Notes under the pieces: model-generated
The model's database searches: none
Told to the model about the DNA's origin: nothing
What the model saw: only the letters and a program-made list of their open reading frames with translations
NCBI GenBank assembly: GCA_010909165.1
Contig: VJWM01000025.1
Coordinates: forward strand, 2,852,001 to 2,916,000
Direction of reading: 5' to 3'
Source: Anthoceros angustus
Taxonomy: Eukaryota; Plantae; Anthocerotophyta
Length of the DNA stretch: 64,000 nt
Part shown: in pieces, positions 13,575-22,149 of the stretch
How positions within the stretch are numbered: position 1 is the stretch's first letter
Layout of the letters: each line of letters begins with the position of its first letter
Position numbers and translations under genes: made by a program

Positions 13575-13690
13575 GCGCACCCGGGCCTCCTTGCCCCCTG
13601 GTGCGTGCACTTTGGTGTGCGCCCCCTTGCCCCCCGGTGCGTGCACTTTGGTGCGCGCCCCCTTGCCCCCCGGTGCACGCACTTGTTCAC
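13575..13690. repeat. GC-rich tandem repeat of about 35 bp, roughly 3 copies, inside the CACTA element
   Basis: Unit CCCCTTGCCCCCCGGTGCGTGCACTTTGGTGYGCGC read directly. Confidence 0.75.
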
Positions 13691-14384
13691 CCAGCTGGGC
13701 CCCCCTAGCATGTTTGATGATAACCCGGTACTAGGTCACCGCCGAAAGAGACGGAAACACCGTAAAGGATAAAAAGAGGATAGGGTGTTCTTCGTTGCAT
13801 TAGGGCCTATGATAGATATATGAGAGCGGTCTAGGTGAACCTCCGCTGATGTCTGCTACTTGTTATTTTGTCGGGAGTTCCGGCACATCCTCAGACCTCC
13901 AAAAGGATATGTTTCCCCATTAGAAGATCATTTTTCACGTTCTTTTTGCACAGTGCGTGCACAAGTTTGCGCATAACGTTGTTTAAGCGCGCACTTATGT
14001 GCGCTCAGGCCCCCTGGTACACAAAAACATACAAAACCACACAAAATGCAGAAACTACGGACATGACGAAATTATGGAACAATGAGGTCACAAGCCCTTC
14101 ATCACACCGACTAAATCGCCATGAACCTGAGTACAAGGCACCAGCGTGGTGTAAATGACTTGACAGGAAGTGGTGCTGGCGTCGAGAATGTCCGAAACCA
14201 ATGAATGAACACCTACAAAAAACAACAAAAACCAAACCAACTTCAGTTTCCGGCGAAATAGGGTTGGGATTTTTTCCAAAACCCCTTTTGACAGGAGAAA
14301 CCTCTTTCTACACAGACGCTGTTGCAAGACTTAATTTTTTGGAATAATACCATTTATGAAAATATCTATGAATAGATTTATTAT

Positions 14385-15000
14385 TTGTTGATGTGGCAAG
14401 TTCATTGCAAATGATATTGTAAATATGTTTATTTGGATTTATATTAGTTATGGGATTATCTATTTTTGTTTTGTATTTACTGATGTGTCATATGCATTGT
14501 AACCGTGGTTGTAAAATGAATGAAAACCATTTTATAGAAATATCTATAAATAATTTTATTATTTGCTGACATGGCAAGTTCATTGCAAATATAGTTGTAA
14601 AATGGTTTCTCAAATTTATGTTATAATATTGGATTATTATTTTTATTGTATATTTACTGACGTGGCACATGCCTCGTAAATATGGTTGTAAAATGTAGAA
14701 GCTGGATTTTTTTCATGAATTATGTCATTATGTTCCAATATCCATGAATAAATATATTATTAGCTGATGTGGCATGTTTGTCGCAAATGCCGTTGTAAAA
14801 TTATGGAAGAGACCTTTTCCTTATTTATTTCATTTATGAGGTTATATATTGATAAGATTGCTGATGTGGCATGCTTGTCGCAAATGCCGTTGTAAAATTG
14901 TGGAAGAGACCTTTTCCTGATTTATGTCATTTATGAGGTTATATATTAGTAAAATTGTTGATGTGGTATGTTTATTGCAAATACGTTGGAAAATGTTATA
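14385..15000. repeat. Degenerate 90-100-bp tandem array with core TGAYRTGGCA…TTGTAAA, about 7 units
   Basis: Cores recur near 14387, 14479, 14566, 14658, 14763, 14860 and 14957. The same core occurs at 12371-12600 and 15799-16010. Confidence 0.75.
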
Positions 15001-15533
15001 AAGTTTTATTTATTTATAAATAGTGCCAGGCGCATTATGAATGTCGGTATAAGAATTTTTGTCGTGTGAGAGCCTAAGCACCTGTGAGAGCGTGTGAGAG
15101 CCTATGGGCATCTGTGAGAGCGAAAGCTTGTGAGCTTGTGAGAGCGACAGCTTGTGAGCCTGTGAGCGGGCGAGCCTACGAGCGTGAGAGGCTGTGAGCG
15201 CCTGATTCTTTTAGTTCCAATGTGGGTTTGTGCAAGTTTGTGTGGGCCGTTGTGAGTTTTGTGTGAGTTGAATGTGTGAATTTGTGTGAGGGTGTGTTCA
15301 TTTTGGGGTTTAGAGTCGCTTGCATTTGGTAGTAGCATTCTGTTTCTTGTGTGTCCCACTAATTCACAACAAGGTGCAACATACAAAGTTTACAACAAAG
15401 TACGTTGTAAAACATTTGTAGTAAATATGCCCCATTTAAAGAAGCTGAATTATATACTAGTATTATTAGTATTATGTAGTTTTGTACATAGATATTTTTG
15501 CATATATATATATTACCTAAAGGGCGTTGTAAT

Positions 15534-15795
15534 TTAGATGTTGTAATTCCTTTTGTAATTGGGATATTGTAGATGGCTTTGTAAAACAGGTCATTGTAAA
15601 GTGCGTTGTACCCGCACCGAGACGTCTCAAACTTAAATGTTGTAATTCCTTTTCTAATTGGGATACTGTAGATGGTTTTGTAAGCAGGTCGTTGTAAAGT
15701 GCGCTGTACCCGCACCGAGACGTCTCAAACTTAGATGTTGTAATTCCTTTTGTAATTGGGATATTGTAGATGGTTTTGTAAAATAGGTCGTAAAT
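15534..15795. repeat. 98-99-bp tandem repeat, about 2.6 copies, inside the CACTA element
   Basis: Units start at 15534, 15633 and 15731 (TTAGATGTTGTAATTCCTTTT…CACCGAGACGTCTCAAAC). Confidence 0.85.
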
Positions 15796-16138
15796 AAGTG
15801 ACGTGGCAAGGGTTGCTGACTAGGCACCACAAGGCAGTGGGCACCACGTCATCACATAGTGATATGGCGATGAGGGCCATGTCATCAAATCCTGCCATCT
15901 CATCACCTGATGACGCAGCAATGAAGGGCCACGTGGCAACAACATGCCATGTCATCACTTGGTGTGGCAGTGATGTGGCACCACATCACCACTTTAATGA
16001 CATGGCGCTGGAACTAGCCTTGTCAGCAATTTTACAACGTCATGAAGCTCTCGATCTACAACAGTGTTGTTGCGCCGTTTTACAACGTCGCGTTGTAACA
16101 CCCATTGTAAAAACCCTCAGTTTCTTGTAGTGATACCA

Positions 16139-19100
16139 TTCTCCCCCTCACACAACGATCCATTCATCTAGCCTGTCACAGTTCAGATACACAATCCAGT
16201 CACCCAATTCAATCACACGGCTCAATCACATAGACCAGTCACACAGACCAGCCAATCAACACATCCCTCCAACAACAGCAACACATGCTCCACTCCACAA
16301 CTCTCAACGCTCCTCCCATCAGTCACATAGACCCTCAGCTCCACAACTTGGGTTCACAAATTCATCCATAACCCTTATAGCAGATCCAAGTGAGCCCCTC
16401 TATAACTCCACCCTTCAATTGAGGCTTCCCCTCTGAAAGCGGCTTCCCCATCCTCCAACAAGCTCTAGATAGAAGCGTAGCTAACCTCTTGTTCCTAACC
16501 CCTGCATAGCACCAAAGATTAGCTCAAGCTGGTCACCACAACCACGGAATAGCCTCACAAGAACCAACCCCCATTGGTGACACAAAAGAGGGGAAGCCTA
16601 CACTTCACAACCCAGCAGAGTGATCTTCAAACAATGCTTGCAAGATGATTTTGGGACGAAGCCCTCAATTTATATACCGGGCTCCTTGGCCAGCCACAAA
16701 GAAAAGCTAAAGCTATAGGGTGCATATCTCCTAAGATATTCTGGGGCCCCTCCAAAATTTCCATTTCAGCGCCATTCTCCTTGCTAGCAACCGCCTCAGG
16801 AGTTGCATCTTGGGCAAATCCTTGACCAAGGGCCTCCTCATGCAAAGAAGTCAGATTTGCTAGCCCTTTGACAGCTACAGACTCTATCCTCAAGCCAACC
16901 CCTAAAAATACCTCTTTCCTCTCAACCATTCTCCTTAAGGTTTTCTCAAAAACCACCCTTGATGCTCAAATAGTAGCTGTGACAACTTCACCAGATTAGA
17001 AAGGGCACTCTTCTAACACTTGTTTTCCACGTGTCCCCTCCCCAAAATGGTTTCCCGCCATATGGTACCGACGGGCGTGCCGTATGCTCACGACGAACGG
17101 GCTTACGAGATGGGCGCGGCTGTCGATCTTGCAAGACAAGCGCCACGAACGGCCGCCCTGGATGGGCCTTTCAGTCGTCACTAACTCCATCATAGGTCGT
17201 TTGTAGACTCATCCGGCCGTTTGCACCTTCCGTCCAGCTTCCGTATCGTCTGGATGATGCCCTGCCTAATCGTGACTACACTACGGTAGCATCATAGACA
17301 GGCAATCCCAATGACGCTCCCGGCCATCTAGGCTGTCTCACGCTCTGCAGTGGCCGTCCAGACCCTTATTTGGCCGCTACCAACCTTACTAGTCTAGTTT
17401 GCAATCCTCATAACCCACATGAAACCTAAAACAAAAAAAAATCCATACAAAACCACACTAGGAGGGTGTAGCATAACCATGTGGTACTCCACACCAGGGC
17501 AAGTTGCTCCCACCTACACTAGCCCGGGGAAATAGCGCGCAATAGGCGATGGTGAGAGGGCACGCTAGGTTGAGGCGTGCAGCTTTAGGGCGGGGTGCTT
17601 TACTCAACATAAGTCAGCAAACAGGGTCCTCCAAGGGGACCTCGGATGTTTGGCAAGTTCTTGGAATTAGTGGGATTGCATAGTGAATGCTTTGATTACA
17701 TTGGCAAGGTAGGGGGCATCTGCCTCCTAGCCTTCCCAAGTCTCGATCAAAACGACTCATTCAGATGAGTGTAAACCGCGCAAAGATAATTAATTCCCCT
17801 TCACGACGCAGACTTCCCACTTCTCAAAACATAATGCAATTTTCACACTAAAATGTGTAGACATTGGATTCAAAGGAGAATGAAGGGTTGTAAAGTAATT
17901 CTGGGATGGCTGGTAATTTTTGTGGTGTCAAATGAAACAAAATCGCATTGAACACCTATAATTTTGATGAATAACTGATAAGGAAAAGAGGGGAACCCAT
18001 CCCCTCCCCTCCCCTCCCTCCCTCCCTCCCTCCCTCTCCTCCTCTCCTCCCTCTCCTCCCCCAATCGTTTAGGGGTTAAGAGGATCCGCCTCCTTAACTC
18101 TTGCTCACATGGGTATCTACACCTTTTCTGCCCGGTCTCTGCAACGTGAGCAAGTGCGAGCAGCATGTTCTCCACCACGGTATACTCAGCTCGTAGTGCC
18201 CACCGACCTTCTAGCAATTACCGTTGAGCGCTAAATTCTGTACAAAATCAAACAAAAACTGGTTGTGCTCAAGTGCCTAGGGATCGAAACCAGCGTTCAG
18301 CCCCTCATAACGATAATCCTAGAAGATGTTTTAATTCATAGACTGAATAGTACCAAGCTAGCATTTGTACCATATTCTAGTGTCCCGATTCCCGTTCTAC
18401 CTATGAACCAAATTCTTCAACAACTTCTTCATATAAGAGAATGTGAGTATGATCGACTCGATCAACAAGGAAAGTATAGTTGTCAATTTGTCCTGAGATA
18501 GTGGAAAAAGATGTCTACAGCTTCCACTATCTACAAATATTATTGTGACCTATCCACAAGAGGACGAGGCACAAAGTAGGTCTCTTGAAGAAGACTTCTC
18601 TGCATGTACCTGTAGGTTACCAGGGAGGCAGGCCTCATCCAATCCCAACGAACAGACTAGCTACATTTTGGTTGACTTTCTCCCCATGCTTGGAGTGTAG
18701 TTCCAAGATCTTGTCCAACTCTGCATAGGTGACTTGGTAAGCGTAAACCAGTTCAGTGTTTTTGGCTCCTCAAGCTTGGCCAGTAAATCATGGAAGATGT
18801 ACTCCGGGTAATTGATCTTCTCGTTGTAGAATCTCACCAAGTGTATGACATAACACAACTTGTCATGTGTGTACTACTCGCTTATATTGGTTGTCTGCAA
18901 GATCACCTCCTCGCCTACTTTTCTTTGAGCATATATTCTACCACAAATGGCTTGCTCATAAGCCTGCAATGCCACTCCATACCACAATGGAATATCTCAA
19001 CTCATCCATACTTCCAGCATATGACACCTCGTACTTCCGCTCATTCAAACCACTTTCCCACTTGCTTCACCAGAGTTTCTTTTTTCCCACCATTGGTTTC

Positions 19101-19218
19101 CAAGTGTGATTACACTATGGAAGTGTGTCCAAGCACTTATCACCGAGTTCCCATTTTGGAACATCAACGCTCATAGCCATCAGCTCCACATTGCAACCTT
19201 CAAGCTAGATATAACTAA
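16139..19218 (-). mobile_element. Highly degenerate Ty3/gypsy-type retrotransposon internal region
   Basis: Minus-strand IFVDSGS aspartic-protease motif near 18520-18540 and gag-like remnants at 18700-19200. Polypurine tract GAGGGGGAGAA at 16139-16149 is followed by TG; the CACTA element inserted a few bp into this LTR start. Many stops and frameshifts. Confidence 0.5.
17996..18062. repeat. C-rich microsatellite (CCCCT/CCCT/CCTCT)n
   Basis: Read directly; the minus strand is a run of G-tracts. Confidence 0.85.
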
Positions 19219-19254
19219 CTAGTTGTTTTATAGCTTGCCCTTAGCCGTTAGGGC
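19219..19254 (-). mobile_element. Helitron-like 3' terminus (hairpin plus CTAG|T)
   Basis: Minus strand reads GCCCT-AACGGCTA-AGGGC, a 14-nt spacer, CTAG, then T. It coincides with the switch from gypsy relic to AT-rich RING-bearing DNA. Stem is only 5 bp and the 5' end is not resolved. Confidence 0.45.
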
Positions 19255-19498
19255 TGAAAGGTTATGATACTACTACAACAAGCACGAATGGTAGACAAAG
19301 TGGGCACTCCAGTGCCTAGGACTTTGCCGGTCTTGGTTTTACGTACATTTGTGTTTCATGTCGGTGCTACTATTTACAATTGTTTCCCAATCTAGAGTCT
19401 GCACGTAGTTTCATATTTATCCTTATTCCCTATATTCATCCTAATTTTTCTATCATAGTTACCTATATTTATATCTAATTTTCTATTTCCCAATTTCC

Positions 19499-20815
19499 TT
19501 ATTCCTCATTATCCTCTTCCTCGTCACTTCTATCCCTAAGATTTGCTTCTGGAAATTGTTCCATCCAGTCTGGATCCACGTCTGCTATGGATGCATCTTG
19601 CGCTCGTTGCATTTCCATGTCTTCCCTGGACTGCCTAATTGCCTCTTCGTAGTCGGAGTCATATTCATCTTGTTCGTTTTCAAGTGCCTCTCTGGCCTCA
19701 TCTTCCTCCCTTAAAAGGCGCTCCTTTTCCTTCAAATCTTCTGACCACCATAAAATCACGTCACGTTTTTCTTGTTTGTTTCCATTAATTCGCGTTGTAA
19801 AAGGTAGCCACACAGCATCACTAGGTAAAGCGTGCATAGTCATAAGGTTCAGACCACATAAAGGACATACAGTTTCCTCCTCCTCCAAAACTTTAAACAC
19901 GCATTTCAAATGGAATGAGTGACCACACGAAGTTTGTATCCATGAATTACATACTAAAGGATATTTACACTGAAAGCAAATTTGTTGTAGTTCTAAGTGT
20001 GAAAATGTTCTATTTATTTTAAATTCTTTCCATATGTCATCAGGATCGTCATTCATTTGCATGAGCATGGTAACTAACTCCATGTCTCGTTTTTGTACTA
20101 AAGAGGCAAACAGCATAGCCCACATTTTACTCTGCTCTATTTCTGCTGAACCAGGACGAATTAGTGTCGCCTGTGTATCCGTCTCAGGAATCCACGGTCG
20201 AACGTCAAAAGTAAAACCCAGCCATTTTACTGGTTGTTGAAAGTGGATTGGTTGGTTACATTGTCCATTGGGACAAAGGACAGTAGGTAATGTCTCCGGT
20301 GGTAAGTTCATTATGTAGGGCATGAGGCAGTTTACATGAAAGGCATGCCTACAAGGATCCACTCTACACCAATAGTCAATCCACATTATCTCATTACATA
20401 ATACACACCTATCTTTTGATTCATGAACTGGATTTTGTTCCTGGTTAAGTATTAGTTGTCTATTCTCATTTTCTTTTTCCTCCACATGTTTCAGTGCTTC
20501 CCTCTTATGTGCGTCAAGGATTTTACTTAGTTCGCGGTGTACATCTGCATTAGTACCTTCCATTTTATTATTTGAGTCATGAACTTGTTGTGGTGATCCA
20601 TCTAGGGTCCATTTGGTTCGGCAAATTGCACATTGCCTTTCAAATTCTGGTTCTGGTTCATCTTTATCTTCCTCTTTTACTTTACTAAAAAACCATCTAG
20701 CTATGCAAGATGCATGAAAACTATGCTTACAAGGATATAAATACACCCATGTCTCATTTACAAACAATTCTGTACAAAGAATACAATCATCATTGTTCTC
20801 GTCTACTAGATCCAT
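19499..20815 (-). CDS. Intronless triple RING-H2 zinc-finger protein (438 aa), putative E3 ligase with acidic tail and UIM-like motif
   Basis: Three C-x2-C…C-x-H-x2-H-x2-C…C-x(2-4)-C sets: CILC..CKHSFHASC..CAIC; CVLC..CRHAFHVNC..CPNGQC; CFQC..CGHSFHLKC..CPLC. ORF is uninterrupted. Confidence 0.85.
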   Translation of the reverse strand: MDLVDENNDDCILCTELFVNETWVYLYPCKHSFHASCIARWFFSKVKEEDKDEPEPEFERQCAICRTKWTLDGSPQQVHDSNNKMEGTNADVHRELSKILDAHKREALKHVEEKENENRQLILNQEQNPVHESKDRCVLCNEIMWIDYWCRVDPCRHAFHVNCLMPYIMNLPPETLPTVLCPNGQCNQPIHFQQPVKWLGFTFDVRPWIPETDTQATLIRPGSAEIEQSKMWAMLFASLVQKRDMELVTMLMQMNDDPDDIWKEFKINRTFSHLELQQICFQCKYPLVCNSWIQTSCGHSFHLKCVFKVLEEEETVCPLCGLNLMTMHALPSDAVWLPFTTRINGNKQEKRDVILWWSEDLKEKERLLREEDEAREALENEQDEYDSDYEEAIRQSREDMEMQRAQDASIADVDPDWMEQFPEANLRDRSDEEEDNEE

Positions 20816-20816
20816 T

Positions 20817-21090
20817 TCTTGTCAATTTCTTGTTTGAAACATGAAACTCTTTTTAGTCAATTTCTTGTTTGAAAAAGAGAATTTTCTAATCAATTTCTTG
20901 CTTGAAGCATAGAATTTGTTTTAGTCAATTTCTTGGTTGAAACATTGAATTTTTCCCAAATCAATTTCTTGCTTGAAGCATAGAATTTGTTTTAGTCAAT
21001 TTCTTGTTTGGAACAAAGAACTTTTTCTAGTCAATTTTTTTGTTTGGAACATAACGTTTTTTCTAGTTAGTTTCTTATTTAAAACATAAA
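20817..21090 (-). promoter_or_regulatory. About 35-bp tandem array (8 units) directly upstream of the RING ATG
   Basis: TCAATTT cores at 20822, 20857, 20890, 20925, 20961, 20996, 21031 and a degenerate one near 21067. The sense strand reads …CAAGAAATTGAC(T/A)…; the last unit abuts the ATG. Repeat is certain; regulatory role is inferred. Confidence 0.6.
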
Positions 21091-22149
21091 GGCAACAATC
21101 TATATTGAAATGAATACTATACATAGGTAATATTGGAGAACCACAAGGCGAAAACATACTACTTCATTGTATAGGAAAATTCTCTTGGTAGCTTAATATC
21201 AATCAATAGCATCTATAGATAATGACCAAGCTTTCAAATTTCTAATTGAGTAATTTGAAAATGAAAGCGGATGTTTGGGCCACACTATTGTCTATATATA
21301 TCCAGCAAGGTGTTAAATATGTTCTGGTTATAGTAGAGGGCTGTTTTAGGCGCCCTTTTGCCGAATAGTTTAATTTTTTAAAAGATGAAATTTCAACGTT
21401 GCCTAAAATTATTTTCATAAATTTCAACAACAAGGTATCATATTTTCCTTTAATTTGGCACTTATAGATAGTACTAGTGCAAACACATTGTCAATAGAGC
21501 ATAGAAAAGGAAGTAGTCCAGTGGTTAAGGATTTAGTGTGTGTTCAAGTGATCACGGGATTCAAGTGGTCACAGTATCGATCCCGCTACTTATTTGCGTC
21601 CCCAAGAGAGAAGAGGCTTCCCCTGCGTCTAGAATGGTTGCAGGGTTGATCCCACTACCCTATTCACGCCCACGAGCGCCGGGAGGTTTTTGAAAAATAA
21701 TTATTAAAAATTAAAAATGGCAAAAGTAGAAAGTAATTTAATTTCCCCAAAAAGTGCAGGCTCATATGGTATATAAATAATTTATTTTTAATAAAAATAT
21801 AATTTTTTTTTGATAGAGAACATGAAGATTTTATATAAAGTATGCACAGATGGGAAGTCTCATTCACATCGGGGCCATGGGGAACAACACTGTAGAGGGC
21901 CCCAAGCAAAGGGGGAATAGCTCCCCCAAATTGTCTATCCTGGAGCTATCTACTCCTCCCAATATGTTATTGTCTGGAATAAGAGAGGGCCTCCTTATCA
22001 CCAGAGTTGAAGATGTTGCATCCTCCACGTTGAAGCTGTCCTTCAAATTGCGTTTGCCAACAACCACATCTACAATAGAGACCTAGACCCCTCGGGTCAC
22101 AAACAACCCATCCTTGAGAGAAATAGCATAACACAAAGTACATGGGCAC

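Larger units (their letters stand above)
12245..16132. mobile_element. Non-autonomous CACTA (En/Spm) DNA transposon, 3888 bp
   Basis: Starts CACTACAAG (12245) and ends CTTGTAGTG (16132), with further partial TIR match (TTTTACAA(A)TGGG). 3-bp target-site duplication ATA at 12242-12244 and 16133-16135. Subterminal repeat arrays; no transposase ORF. Confidence 0.9.

Noticed and set aside
19499-20815. Classification of the RING genes as RBR/ARIADNE ligases
   Set aside because: No IBR domain is visible between the RINGs and all three have H2-type ligand patterns.
20817-21090. CRISPR-like appearance of the 35-bp, 27-bp and 30-bp arrays
   Set aside because: Units are contiguous with no unique spacers, there are no cas genes, and the context is eukaryotic.
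21845-21855. Candidate Helitron 5' end (A|TC on the minus strand at 21849-21851)
   Set aside because: Similarity to 34540-34705 runs straight across this position, so it is not an insertion junction.
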